A stretch of 64,000 nucleotides of DNA. Origin: a virus. The DNA lies in the IMG/VR virus record IMGVR_UViG_3300031972_002446, positions 32,001-96,000 of that record; one strand, written 5' to 3'. This document shows, piece by piece, positions 1-10,461 of the stretch. Every line of letters starts with the position of its first letter. Position 1 is the first letter of the stretch. The position numbers and the translations under genes are program-made. The notes beneath the pieces are model-generated. The model ran no database searches. It worked only from the letters and a program-made list of their open reading frames with translations, and was not told where the DNA came from.

Positions 1-618
1 ATATTTTACAGGATGATACAAACCGGGAGTGTTTATATTAAATTCTAAAGATTTATTATTTTCTATGAATTTAATATTTCTTAGTGATGGGTGACTTTCG
101 ATTTTAATTTTATTACGATTAAGTATACTAGGAAGTCTTACCTCGCAACACATTCTCTCTTTGTATATTTGATCATATTTTTTATTTATTAAAATATCTA
201 AACAGTTTTTAGACATGAAATATAAAGAAAAAGGCATACATCCAACCGCATATTTTTTCCATTCTTCTAATCTTAATATATGGGGCCAATTTCTCCATAT
301 TGCAGATGTTTCGGGTATCATTTTTTTATGACATAATAGTTCGTTGTTTAGTTTAATATCAGGTAATCGTTGAGTTATTAATACATCATATTCTACTAAA
401 GCAACATTATTATATTTTATATTATTTATCCTAGAAGGCTTTGATAAGAACCAATCTCTAACTATCATATCGCATTGAAAACCCGCAAGAGGATTTGGAT
501 TTGTAAAATCTAATTTAATAATCTGAGCATCTGGATTGGATTCTTTTAAATATTTTAAATGTAAATATTCATTTTTGTGATTTGAGCAGGCTATTACCGT
601 CCAATTATTTTTACTCAT
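1..618 (-). CDS. Partial CDS (runs off window), glycosyltransferase-like protein
   Basis: ATG at 618 overlaps the end of the upstream gene; frame is open to position 1 (MSKNNWTVIAC...LVEYDV...CEVRLPSIL...GLYHPVKY). EYD and HPVK motifs resemble GT-A-like glycan enzymes. Confidence 0.55.
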   Translation of the reverse strand, partial: MSKNNWTVIACSNHKNEYLHLKYLKESNPDAQIIKLDFTNPNPLAGFQCDMIVRDWFLSKPSRINNIKYNNVALVEYDVLITQRLPDIKLNNELLCHKKMIPETSAIWRNWPHILRLEEWKKYAVGCMPFSLYFMSKNCLDILINKKYDQIYKERMCCEVRLPSILNRNKIKIESHPSLRNIKFIENNKSLEFNINTPGLYHPVKY

Positions 619-1456
619 ATGAAATGTATTTTTGTATGGACAAACTATCTTTTAAGAAATCTTCTTTGTTGATAAAATTATCTTCAATTTGCATATTGTC
701 TTTAGATTGTTTTAATGTTGTTCTTAATTTTCTATGATTTGTTTCTAACTTTATACCGATTGTTTCATACAATAGTTTATATAGTTCGTCGGTACTCTGG
801 TTAACTATATCTTCATAAGATAGCCAAATTTTAGGTTTTGTGCATTGTTTATATATCTCCAAGTATTCTTTCAATATATTCTTATGTGTTTCAGCATAAG
901 ATATGAAATATTCTTTATTCCATAAAATTTTAACTTCTTGATTATTATTTAATATTGTTGGATTCTTTTTTAACGTATTTCTATTGACATTCCACAAGCC
1001 TGTTTTATGTGCTTTATTTAAACTAATAAACTGTGCTAAAACATCTTTTCTATTTAAAAATATAACAAAGTCTACCATTTCTATTATTTTATTAATTTCT
1101 TTGCTCTGACCATATAATAACTTCATGCACACATATTCGTATTTATCTGCTAACTCATCCAGTTTTACAGATAAGTGCCTATGATTTATCACACCTATAT
1201 CTAAATAGGCGGGATTGTATTGCATACTAGATACATTTTCTAGAAAATCCTTATATAGATATAATTTTTCTATTTTATTTTGTTTTATATATTTTTTTAT
1301 ATCTTCTAAGTGTTTATCTATATGGAATTTAGATCTATTAAAAAACTCAGCCAGATTATAAACATTTGATAATCCATTGCATAATTGTGTGAGTAAAAAT
1401 GAACTACCGCTTCGCATACTTGCTAATATTAGTATTTTTTTTGGTTTAGAAATCAT
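611..1456 (-). CDS. Sulfotransferase (Stf0/P-loop type)
   Basis: N-terminal ASMRSGSSFL PAPS-binding loop; LNRKDVLAQFIS 3'-phosphate motif; LSYEDI. Confidence 0.75.
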   Translation of the reverse strand: MISKPKKILILASMRSGSSFLLTQLCNGLSNVYNLAEFFNRSKFHIDKHLEDIKKYIKQNKIEKLYLYKDFLENVSSMQYNPAYLDIGVINHRHLSVKLDELADKYEYVCMKLLYGQSKEINKIIEMVDFVIFLNRKDVLAQFISLNKAHKTGLWNVNRNTLKKNPTILNNNQEVKILWNKEYFISYAETHKNILKEYLEIYKQCTKPKIWLSYEDIVNQSTDELYKLLYETIGIKLETNHRKLRTTLKQSKDNMQIEDNFINKEDFLKDSLSIQKYISYE

Positions 1457-2033
1457 ATTTAAAAAAATTTATCTCCTCTTTGTATCTATTTAGAACAATA
1501 TTCTTTGTTTCTTCAGTATAGTACTCTCGGTAATTTTTATGATCTGATTGATGAACATGCGGGAGGTTAGTAATATCTTCTTTAATATTAAGTTTATCAC
1601 AAACATATTGGATATCTTCTTTAAGATTTTCAAAACTTATAAAAGCATTCATTATATTTTGCTTACATTGATAATGTTTATACAAATTTTCTATTGGAAA
1701 CTTACTATTTACAAAATCATAAAAAGTAGAATCACTATCTATTGTATTTCTTTTTTTCATCCAAAAAAATTTAGAAACCATTCTGTCCCAAGTATTTCTA
1801 ATATTAGCAAATTTGAAATATGATTCCCATTGCTCTTCAGTCACATAAGGTTTAACGTGACAGGGTTTCATATGGTTCCAAAATGTTGTGCCTTCAGGGA
1901 TTGGGGGGTTTCCTCTCCATCCTACTATATCTATATTTTTATCACAAAATTGTTCAAAAAACATTTCTGTGGATGTTCCAGCAGTTTTACCAATTTTAAA
2001 ATATATGAATTTTTTGGTATGCGATATGATCAT
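1446..2033 (-). CDS. Sulfotransferase family 2 protein
   Basis: KTAGTS, RNTWDRMVS, FENLKED and YREYY motifs. Confidence 0.85.
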   Translation of the reverse strand: MIISHTKKFIYFKIGKTAGTSTEMFFEQFCDKNIDIVGWRGNPPIPEGTTFWNHMKPCHVKPYVTEEQWESYFKFANIRNTWDRMVSKFFWMKKRNTIDSDSTFYDFVNSKFPIENLYKHYQCKQNIMNAFISFENLKEDIQYVCDKLNIKEDITNLPHVHQSDHKNYREYYTEETKNIVLNRYKEEINFFKYDF

Positions 2034-3349
2034 ACTGTTCTCATATCCCCATGTAGTATTTTAAATGTTGGAAATCTAAGACTAATACCTCCTTCTTGAT
2101 TTTTAGTTTCTTCAAAGTATTGTACTGTTATAATCTTGCCCACAATAGCATCAGGATTTTTATAAAAGTCTTGTCTCTGATCTATAGAGAATCCACTACC
2201 CACTCTAACTGTATTATCTTTATGTTTGATATATACACAAGAAAGCATCTCTTCTTCAGTTTCTTTACCATTTATTGTTAGAGGAAACATACCTATTTCA
2301 GTATCTAACACTTCATACTCAGCATCATGGAAAGTTTTTACTTTAAGTAAGTCTTTACTACGCTTACCTTTATACTGAACATTTTTGCGTAGCATGACAC
2401 CTTCCCATTCGTTAACATCTGCTTTAGATACCCACTGCTGGAAATGGTCGTCATCATTTACTATCTCCATTTCTAACACAGATAGACAGGGACACTCGTT
2501 GTCTTCCATAGTAAATAATAATTCTTTATATCTCTGGTAAAGATTGTGTTCACTTTTCTTTGCTTTAAACTCATCTTGTGTCATCATGTCAAAGATTTTA
2601 TAAGAAGGATTCTCGATAGTGTGATCTTTCTTGCGAAGTTGTTTCATAATACCCTGAAAGTCTTCATTACCATCTTTATCAACTAAACATAGTTCGCCAT
2701 CAAACACTATGTCAGTAAGTCCCAAAGCACTAATACTATCAGCGACCACGCCAAGAGTAAGGAACTCTTTTCCTGTGCGGGAATAGAAGGTAGTGTTGCC
2801 AAAATGATCAACAATAGCGAGACATCTAACACCATCCAGTTTCCTTGAAACAAACCACTCATCTTCCCACTCCACTAATTTAGGTTCATACTTTTCTGCA
2901 AGAGCGACACTGAACTCTGGAATAAAATCGGGTATAACTTTATTGATAAGTTTTACGCCAACTTTAGTTTTAAGGTCTTTGTCTAAAATACAATAAACAA
3001 GTTCTTCTTGTTCTGGATGCTTATTAATATAAGCATTTACAATTCTAATAGCATCATGTCCTGTAAATCTTCTAATATTCAAATCACTGAACAGTTGACA
3101 CAAGCCATATCCCGGTTCACAATCTCCGAAAAACAGGTCTGATCTTTTCTTAACTTGACTACTTGTTAAGCCATACATAAGATAATCATTGTGTGCTAGA
3201 TTCAATACGTTTCTAGCATGAAGTTGATCTCCGTTATCCTCCTCTTTACCTGCTTTACAATACTTGGCAATGATTTCCTGCTTGGCTATAGTACCACTGT
3301 TGTTACGCAGTTCGTTGATCATAGACATAACGTATTCTGTACTGTTCAT
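2030..3349 (-). CDS. ATP-dependent DNA ligase
   Basis: Motif I KLDGVR, FDGEL, EGVMLR, LLKVK, VGSGF and SLRFP. Confidence 0.95.
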   Translation of the reverse strand: MNSTEYVMSMINELRNNSGTIAKQEIIAKYCKAGKEEDNGDQLHARNVLNLAHNDYLMYGLTSSQVKKRSDLFFGDCEPGYGLCQLFSDLNIRRFTGHDAIRIVNAYINKHPEQEELVYCILDKDLKTKVGVKLINKVIPDFIPEFSVALAEKYEPKLVEWEDEWFVSRKLDGVRCLAIVDHFGNTTFYSRTGKEFLTLGVVADSISALGLTDIVFDGELCLVDKDGNEDFQGIMKQLRKKDHTIENPSYKIFDMMTQDEFKAKKSEHNLYQRYKELLFTMEDNECPCLSVLEMEIVNDDDHFQQWVSKADVNEWEGVMLRKNVQYKGKRSKDLLKVKTFHDAEYEVLDTEIGMFPLTINGKETEEEMLSCVYIKHKDNTVRVGSGFSIDQRQDFYKNPDAIVGKIITVQYFEETKNQEGGISLRFPTFKILHGDMRTV

Positions 3350-3385
3350 TATAATATCCTGTGTCCTGTGATTCCTGTTACTTGC

Positions 3386-3427
3386 AGTATATACTATTCA
3401 TCGGTAATTGTCAATCACAATCTTTAG
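3386..3427 (-). promoter_or_regulatory. Early sigma70-type promoter of the phage family TAAAG..TTGACA..CGAT(A)..TATA(C/A)T
   Basis: Minus strand CTAAAG-N-TTGACA-attacCGATgaatag-TATATACT upstream of the ligase; same layout recurs at about 20 sites. Confidence 0.75.
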
Positions 3428-3665
3428 TGGAATCACCAGTAAATAACTCTTGTATAGATTCTATTTTTGATGACAAAATTTCTTTTTGAAGTTGGGCAGT
3501 TTCTTGCTCTGTTTTTAGGTCGTCTATATCCTGTTGTGCTATAGTATTTCTTACTAATTTATTAGCATGTTCATATCTTTGTATTTTTTTTGCTAAATTT
3601 TTCTCCAAAATTTCTTGTTGTTTTAATTCTAGTTTTAGAATTTTTAATTCTGTGTCTTTACTCAT
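3411..3665 (-). CDS. Hypothetical coiled-coil protein
   Basis: 84-aa K/E/Q-rich heptad ORF with AGGA RBS. Confidence 0.6.
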   Translation of the reverse strand: MSKDTELKILKLELKQQEILEKNLAKKIQRYEHANKLVRNTIAQQDIDDLKTEQETAQLQKEILSSKIESIQELFTGDSTKDCD

Positions 3666-3706
3666 TATGATATCCTATCAATTAATAACTAATATTTGTT
3701 AAATCT

Positions 3707-4462
3707 TTACATAAAATTTTCATATTGATCAATATTCATGTAATCTTGAAGATCAAATCCCTTTTTCTTCCAAAAACCATGCATATTTCTAGGCATTCTT
3801 ATATCACTATCTCTAATCTCACTAATACAAAGAGGTGGATTTAATATAGTGGATTTAAGTTTAGATGCTTCCTTCCAAACAATATGATCTATTGGTACTA
3901 TTTCACTATAATCTAAATTGTTTAATTTGTCTGACAGTTTGTGTATTGCTTTCAATGAATACCAAATAGCATATGTTCCACAAGTAATAAATTTTCTGTT
4001 TTCGGATACTGGTATATTCTTTTGATTGGTTTGGATCGCTGTTTGTTGAACTGTAGATAGAGAGTAATTATTGTAACCAAAATAAATTAAATCATACTGA
4101 TCAAATATATTCTCTAAATATAGATTGTTTAAATTTTCTTTAAACTTTTTATGAAAATACACATCATCTTCTATTACTAAACAAGAATTTATTTCTTCTG
4201 TTAGTAAGTGATTAAATAACATCTGGTAACTTAATAGACATCCAAAAGCGCCTTTATCTCCAGTTAAAATTTTCTGATGGTTTTTTCTACAGTAATTTTC
4301 ATAATCGTTATACGATTTACATTTCTTACCATCTATTGCATTGAAGTATAAGTAATTATTTAATCCTATATTTTTCATCTTAAAATTCATAAATTTTCTT
4401 CTATGAATACTTTTGCTCATTGATAATATGATTATGCTACCTAGCATTTTTGATAAAATCAT
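3707..4462 (-). CDS. Glycosyltransferase family 25
   Basis: AIDG, GCLLS, VIEDD, LIYFG, GTYA and PID motifs; true start may be a few codons downstream. Confidence 0.85.
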   Translation of the reverse strand: MILSKMLGSIIILSMSKSIHRRKFMNFKMKNIGLNNYLYFNAIDGKKCKSYNDYENYCRKNHQKILTGDKGAFGCLLSYQMLFNHLLTEEINSCLVIEDDVYFHKKFKENLNNLYLENIFDQYDLIYFGYNNYSLSTVQQTAIQTNQKNIPVSENRKFITCGTYAIWYSLKAIHKLSDKLNNLDYSEIVPIDHIVWKEASKLKSTILNPPLCISEIRDSDIRMPRNMHGFWKKKGFDLQDYMNIDQYENFM

Positions 4463-5216
4463 TCACTTTTTCCCTATAGACTCTCATTTCTGAGTTACAT
4501 ATAGCATCATTTACACCATTAATATTATCAACATAATGATAGTATGAAGTATTATACCGTATAGAATTATTTGTATTGTAAACATAAATTGGTTTATCAA
4601 TATATTTAGGTCTGCTGTTTTCTTGTTCTAAAACATAAAACATTTCAGCCATATCTGTTCCTACTTGTATCCATTGATTATCTATTTGTAAATAATGGGA
4701 TGGATTTATACTATTGATTAATTGACTCTTCATAGTTCTTAAATGAGATGCCGAGTTTGACATAGTATTTCTATAAGATTTTTGACGATGAACAATATTA
4801 CGAAAATCTTTTCTAGGTCTAGACATATTAGTACCCGTGCTGAGATACGAACCATAAGTGCAATTATATCCAGCATCATATTCAGTGTTTAAAATATTTA
4901 AAACACTATCTCCGTACAACCAATCATCTCCATCTAGCATACAGCATATTTCATCATCATTAGTATTCATATACCCTTGATATCTTGATCCTGCTGGCCC
5001 TATTTTTTTTGGGTTTTGTAGATAAGTAAATTTTTTAGTTAAGCCTAAATTTTTCACATAGTCTTTTACTAATTTCAATGTATTATCAGTAGAGTGATCA
5101 TCTATATATATTACTCTCCAATTATCGTATTTTTGTTTTGCTATTGACTTAATATTGTACTCATACCAATCTTTATTGTTATAAGAAGGTATAATAAACA
5201 CAAAATTAAAACCCAT
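4437..5216 (-). CDS. Glycosyltransferase family 2
   Basis: IIPSYN, IDDHSTD and LDGDD (DxD) motifs. Confidence 0.9.
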   Translation of the reverse strand: MGFNFVFIIPSYNNKDWYEYNIKSIAKQKYDNWRVIYIDDHSTDNTLKLVKDYVKNLGLTKKFTYLQNPKKIGPAGSRYQGYMNTNDDEICCMLDGDDWLYGDSVLNILNTEYDAGYNCTYGSYLSTGTNMSRPRKDFRNIVHRQKSYRNTMSNSASHLRTMKSQLINSINPSHYLQIDNQWIQVGTDMAEMFYVLEQENSRPKYIDKPIYVYNTNNSIRYNTSYYHYVDNINGVNDAICNSEMRVYREKVNDFIKNAR

Positions 5217-5823
5217 AATTAAAAGCCTTTATGTCTTTTTTGAACAGATTAAAAACGTGTTCTTTAGTTTCTTTATCATAATATGTTGAGTAGTGTTGAT
5301 GCTTAGTACTATTACAATTATCTAGTTGTATTGAGGTTATATTCATATGCTTACAAACTTTATTGAAATCATTTTGTAAATTTTCAAACTTTCCTACAAA
5401 ATCTACTGCTAAATCACCATTCACAGTTAAACAGTCATATTGTGTAGATGCTTGCCACATAATAGGTTCTCGTTTTTTATCATTCATCAACCATTCTCTA
5501 AAAGGAGTGTCGATTGTTTCTTCATGTCCCTCCCTCTGTCTGTAAAAATAATGAGAAACACATAAATCCCAAGGATTTCTAACAAAAGAGAATTTAAATA
5601 ACTTATCCCAAATAGAATTTATTTCTGGACAATCAGCAAGTATTTCTGCTGAATTATGTTTATACCTAAAGTTTGGTCTTTTTTTGATTTTAACTGTACT
5701 AGATACAACATGCGGATATAAATACTCTCGTAATGCTTTTTCTATACTGGTTGTTCCTGTTTTTTGTATTGCTATAAACAATATAGCATATGTTTTACTT
5801 AGGATCATATCCGAACCTTTCAA
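5206..5823 (-). CDS. Sulfotransferase family 2 protein
   Basis: KTGTTS, FVRNPWD, VGKFENL and YSTYY motifs. Confidence 0.85.
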   Translation of the reverse strand: MKGSDMILSKTYAILFIAIQKTGTTSIEKALREYLYPHVVSSTVKIKKRPNFRYKHNSAEILADCPEINSIWDKLFKFSFVRNPWDLCVSHYFYRQREGHEETIDTPFREWLMNDKKREPIMWQASTQYDCLTVNGDLAVDFVGKFENLQNDFNKVCKHMNITSIQLDNCNSTKHQHYSTYYDKETKEHVFNLFKKDIKAFNYGF

Positions 5824-5945
5824 AATCTTGTTTATATTTTTCGTATACTTTATCTCTCAATGCTTTATTATAATACTCTGAATTGTGTTTATGTCCCAAG
5901 CAAGGTTTATATAATCTAGAATCTGGCATTATTCACGTTTTTGAC

Positions 5946-6248
5946 TTATGATTTATATATATTATTAAATTTTTCAATCTTATCTTTTACTTTTAACCAC
6001 TCGTTTTGATCTGTAAAAACTGTATTTAATTTGTTTGTTAGATTAGCACCGGCTTTAGAAAAACATGCGGGGATAATTGAATGGAAAATTAATAAACACC
6101 CAGCAATTATACATTTAAAACCATAGACTGAAGCAAATCTGAGATGCTGTAAATATGTCATATCATTATCTCTCAAATGCTGTTTAGATTTTTTAAACAT
6201 CAGATGTTTCTCCAAGTTATAGTGTGTTGTAACACTATTACTATACAC
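5946..6248 (-). CDS. Small membrane protein (DUF6356-like)
   Basis: HL..N.MTYLQH..FA...HSIIP..F pattern. Confidence 0.6.
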   Translation of the reverse strand: MYSNSVTTHYNLEKHLMFKKSKQHLRDNDMTYLQHLRFASVYGFKCIIAGCLLIFHSIIPACFSKAGANLTNKLNTVFTDQNEWLKVKDKIEKFNNIYKS

Positions 6249-6249
6249 C

Positions 6250-6531
6250 TTATGTTTTTACAAACTTAATATATCTCCAATGAATTGTATTGTGTAAATG
6301 GAAATTTTCAAAAAATATATATATATTCATACATTGAAAAGCGGCACAATCTTTTCTTATCTCTGGTTCAGTAACTTCGATTTCAATATGGGTAAACATG
6401 AACGTACTATGAAAGTATGTTATCTGCTTCGGTCTGCCGTCTATTAAAAATCTGAATACCTGATTATGCCGAACTATTTCAACGGCATTTAAAAGCAAGA
6501 AGAACGATAGTAAGACTGCTTTAGTTTTCAT
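6250..6531 (-). CDS. Hypothetical protein with signal peptide
   Basis: 93-aa ORF directly after the tmRNA; hydrophobic N-terminus. Confidence 0.5.
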   Translation of the reverse strand: MKTKAVLLSFFLLLNAVEIVRHNQVFRFLIDGRPKQITYFHSTFMFTHIEIEVTEPEIRKDCAAFQCMNIYIFFENFHLHNTIHWRYIKFVKT

Positions 6532-6534
6532 AAG

Positions 6535-6873
6535 TGGAGGCGAGGGGAGTCGAACCCCTGTCCAGTATAAATTCCATATAAACTTCTACATCGTTAGTCT
6601 GTTGTTATTAATACTACAGACAAAACTGTTTGTCTTTCCAACGGCAAAGTGATTACACTTATCTTTATATTTAATTCAGGTATAATTCCCTATCCGATTA
6701 TCGGAGTCAACATAATTGGGTAAAAAGGTTTATGTAACCCCTCCCACCTAAGCGGCGAGTGCTAATACAGAAGTATCGGCAATTAAAATGTGATCTATTT
6801 TTAAACTGGCCTTTAGATCAACCAGTCGATGCAATCTATACTTCTATTTATCTGTCGATACCAGTACGCCCCC
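6535..6873 (-). ncRNA. ssrA: tmRNA, tag peptide (A)ADTSVLALAA
   Basis: 5' GGGGGCG pairs with 3' CGCCTCC-A giving a G3:U alanine identity pair; T-arm AGGGG-TTCGACT-CCCCT; tag ORF 6780-6748 ends in LAA-stop; CCA not encoded. Confidence 0.95.
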
Positions 6874-7161
6874 TTATATAAATCTAATGCCTTCTGGTGG
6901 TTTAGTGAAAACCTCAATGTTCTGTCTAATTATAACAGGTTGCAACTCTTTTTCAAGTTTTTTTATCTGAGAATGTTGCAGCCAATTTGTCGCTATACTA
7001 ATCATTAATAATCCCCATAAAATCCATGTAGCGGGATGTATTCTATTCATAGTAGACCTTTATATAAAAATAAATAGCGTGATAGCAAGCCTAACCATCT
7101 GTATCAGTATAGATTTTTGATGATACACCCTTGGCTTTAATAGGGACGCTAATTATTCGGC

Positions 7162-7392
7162 TTAACGCCTAGTGCTTTTTTGTTTACGCTTTTTGGTAGT
7201 AGTTACACCATATCTTGTTTCACCATTCCTACCTGTAGACTTAGTGACCAGATAACCCTCTGATTTTAGCATAGGTTTAATATCGCTAATAGTTGCCCTT
7301 AGATTGCCAACATCAAACATACTTGCTGCGCTATGTTGGCTCAAAGTTCTACCCTTAACTAGATAGTTAATAACACGATCCTGTTTAGTCAT
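7162..7392 (-). CDS. Small basic winged-helix-like DNA-binding protein
   Basis: TKQDRVINYLVKGRTLS..A...F.V.NLRATISDI pattern typical of phage wHTH proteins; GAGG RBS. Confidence 0.6.
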   Translation of the reverse strand: MTKQDRVINYLVKGRTLSQHSAASMFDVGNLRATISDIKPMLKSEGYLVTKSTGRNGETRYGVTTTKKRKQKSTRR

Positions 7393-7503
7393 TTTTACCT
7401 CTAAACTTTAATGGCGTATTTAAAATAAATAATATTGCATTGTCGCCACAACCAAAACAATATTCCTGTTTTATGATATTGATAACTTGTGTTTTTGTCA
7501 ACC

Positions 7504-7818
7504 TTATTTTAAAATTGCTATAGCATCTGCAAACACTGAACTCTTGTTTACAATTTGCATATCAGTAAATACTATATTAAGATCACTAAATCTACACAAT
7601 GGACAAGCATAGCGGCAGGGGTCGGCTAATCCACTATCTAGTCTGTTTTTATAAGTTATGTAATATCCTCTTTCATCTTTACAAATAACTTTATCTGATG
7701 GAACATTGTGTCCTCTTGCTTCAGCGTCTAAATTAACAACCATACTAGAGTGACTTCCATACGGAGATGGAGTTTCGATAGTTCTTATGCTATCTTTGTC
7801 TTTGTGTATTTTTGCCAT
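7504..7818 (-). CDS. Hypothetical protein
   Basis: 104-aa ORF with GGAG RBS and upstream GGTGTA motif. Confidence 0.7.
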   Translation of the reverse strand: MAKIHKDKDSIRTIETPSPYGSHSSMVVNLDAEARGHNVPSDKVICKDERGYYITYKNRLDSGLADPCRYACPLCRFSDLNIVFTDMQIVNKSSVFADAIAILK

Positions 7819-7853
7819 TTATAATCTCCAATGTATAATATAACTATCTATAA

Positions 7854-8261
7854 TTACACCTGTTGGAGATTCTTTTTCTTTAATTTTACTAACCTGTGCT
7901 TAGTTCTCCAAATTTTAGTTAAAGCACATTGAGAGTCTTCTCCCATCCAAATGTGACAAAAGCCGCCCTCTTTTGATCCATAGGCTATAACCCCGTTCTT
8001 ATCAACGCTTATGACAGTAAACCTACCTCTACATCCCATAGGAATAAATTCACCGTCTACCACAGAATATGGGCCTCCTGTGGCTTTAATAGTATCTCCC
8101 TTTTCTAACTCTCTCCAATCAAATTTCCTAATCATTTTTGTAGTTTTTTTCTCTTTGCTTTGAACCGCAAAAACAAAAGGATGTTGACATTCTGGACACA
8201 TATATGCTCTTGGGCCACACTGATGTCCACATTTTTCGCAAGTCTTTTTACCTTTAGGCAT
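7854..8261 (-). CDS. Zinc-ribbon protein
   Basis: CEKC...CPEC N-terminal ribbon; AGGAG RBS; early promoter at 8296-8336. Confidence 0.7.
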   Translation of the reverse strand: MPKGKKTCEKCGHQCGPRAYMCPECQHPFVFAVQSKEKKTTKMIRKFDWRELEKGDTIKATGGPYSVVDGEFIPMGCRGRFTVISVDKNGVIAYGSKEGGFCHIWMGEDSQCALTKIWRTKHRLVKLKKKNLQQV

Positions 8262-8399
8262 TGATCGTTCTCCTGTGAAATAAACTGATAATAACAGTAT
8301 AACATACTTATCGTCAATGTCAAGACATATCTTGAGTTTTTTTACTTAATTGGTGTATTCTTAATAGAACTATAATATATAAAACAATAAAGGTGTGGC

Positions 8400-9176
8400 A
8401 TGAAAATACTATTCTTAATAATGCTACTATTTTCTTCTACTATTACTTTAGCAGGAACGATAGACCCAGATAACTCAGATGAGCAGTATCTTGACTATGG
8501 TAAAAAACATGAATGTGTTTTAAAATTAATAGGACATATGAATGATGAATTAAATAGTTCTTATAGCGGTTCTTGTGTTGTGATTGATCCTTATTACGTT
8601 ATTACAGCGGCTCATGTTGTTGCCAATGGTATAACTTTTACTGTGATACACGATGGTAAACCTCATGTCGCTAGTATAGTTGCGACACATATAAATTTTA
8701 AGCCCAAAGAATTTGGTTCAAATGATATATCTTTAATTAAATTAGCAACTCCTATCAAATTAGATTTTTATCCAGACTTATATAAGAAAAAAGACGAGTT
8801 AAATCAGGTGTGTAGTATAGCAGGGTATGGTTACGCAGGAACTTTTATTACTGGTTATGATAGTAAAAAATTTGATAACAAGAAAAGGGCTGGCTCAAAT
8901 GTTATTAACTCAATAAGAGATAACGTATTATTATGCTCTACTACAGATCAAAAAACTACTTTAGAATTTTTAATAACTCCCGGTGATAGCGGTGGTGGTT
9001 TATTTATAGACAATAAATTAGCGGGCATTAATTCATGTGTATTTGCTAAAGACGGAAATGGTAATTCTGATTATGGTGATGAATCTGGTCACACAAGAAT
9101 TAGTGATTATCTTGAATGGATACAAAAAACAAAAGCAACTATAGAAAAAATATCTCAACAAGATTTAGTAGAGTAA
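8400..9176 (+). CDS. Secreted trypsin-like (S1) serine protease
   Basis: Signal peptide; TAAH, NDISL and GDSGG catalytic triad motifs. Confidence 0.92.
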   Translation: MKILFLIMLLFSSTITLAGTIDPDNSDEQYLDYGKKHECVLKLIGHMNDELNSSYSGSCVVIDPYYVITAAHVVANGITFTVIHDGKPHVASIVATHINFKPKEFGSNDISLIKLATPIKLDFYPDLYKKKDELNQVCSIAGYGYAGTFITGYDSKKFDNKKRAGSNVINSIRDNVLLCSTTDQKTTLEFLITPGDSGGGLFIDNKLAGINSCVFAKDGNGNSDYGDESGHTRISDYLEWIQKTKATIEKISQQDLVE

Positions 9177-9489
9177 GTATTATTCTTGTTTTTTAGGTGT
9201 TTGTTTTAAATATTCTTTTGAGTTTTCTATAATATCATGTAATTCTTTTTCAATGCTTGGCATAGGTATCCTTTTTACATCTGGTATTTTAGGTGTTGTT
9301 GGATCAAGAGGTATTCTTTTTGGTTCTTTCATATTGGAACTCCTTTTTATTTTGAAGCCAGTAAATATAGACCTATATTAGAAAAAGCATAACCTAAGTA
9401 CGCTATAAACATCCCCGGATTTCCTTTATATAATTGTTCTAAACTAACATATAAATATATACAGCCAGTTAACGCTATTAACCAACTAC

Positions 9490-10407
9490 TCATAATACTA
9501 ATACACCTTCTATATACTTTGATATTGCTTTATCTTTCATTTTTATTTCCATATCTATATCAAAATCCAATCCATATGTATTAAAGGTATGTTCTGCATA
9601 ATCTGCGTGTTTGCGAGGGTTTGGGTGATCTGGTATATTTTCGCTGTAATGAAATAGTGGTCTATATTCATGCCATGTAAGATAACACTCTTCTAATGCT
9701 TGTTGCTCTGTCCAGCCATCTGGATGGCAGTGATGGTGTAAATAATCGAATGTAATTGGTATATTAGTTTTAGGATAAAAGTCTTCTATTAATTGTTTTA
9801 CAGACCAGCAATTAAGTTTATCGTCGTTTTCAATAACCAGACGGCTACGACAATTATCGTCAAGTCTATTAAAATTTTGTATAAATCTTCCCACAACTTC
9901 ATCGTTACTTCCTTGTCGATTATTGATGTGTAAATTCATTGGACAATTATAATCGGTAGAACAACCTATTCTGTCAAGAAAACTACTGTAAAAATTTAAT
10001 TCAGTAATTGTCTTATCTACTGCCTCGGTATTTGTCGATGCTAAGACATTAAACTCGCTTGGATGACAAGAAACCCTAACATTAGTTTGCTGAATAGTGT
10101 AAGCAATTTTATCAAAGGATTCTTCTATTTGCTGGTAGTTTGGAAGTTGATCCAGATTAATATCGGCATTAGCATAAGTAATGAGAGGAAAAAGATTACT
10201 ACTGATCCTATAGCAATAATTATTGTTGGCGCAATGTTGTATTGTTGCATCAGTAACTTTCATGTTGTTAAGTATTCGATCACCCAATATAGACAATGCT
10301 TCACTACGATCTAATTGGCTAAATCTTTTATAAGTCATCGTTTGAAACTTGAGAGTTTTATCAAGTTCTTGTAAATCTAAAGAAATACAACATAAACCAA
10401 ATCTCAT
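9490..10407 (-). CDS. uvsE: UV DNA damage endonuclease (UvsE/UVDE)
   Basis: GLCC, RISS, HP, ENDD, FDYLHH, HYSE, HADY and EIKMKD motifs. Confidence 0.93.
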   Translation of the reverse strand: MRFGLCCISLDLQELDKTLKFQTMTYKRFSQLDRSEALSILGDRILNNMKVTDATIQHCANNNYCYRISSNLFPLITYANADINLDQLPNYQQIEESFDKIAYTIQQTNVRVSCHPSEFNVLASTNTEAVDKTITELNFYSSFLDRIGCSTDYNCPMNLHINNRQGSNDEVVGRFIQNFNRLDDNCRSRLVIENDDKLNCWSVKQLIEDFYPKTNIPITFDYLHHHCHPDGWTEQQALEECYLTWHEYRPLFHYSENIPDHPNPRKHADYAEHTFNTYGLDFDIDMEIKMKDKAISKYIEGVLVL

Positions 10408-10461
10408 ATCTTACCTCCATGCAGTTATTATACATAATATCGGCAATTTGTCAACTGTACT

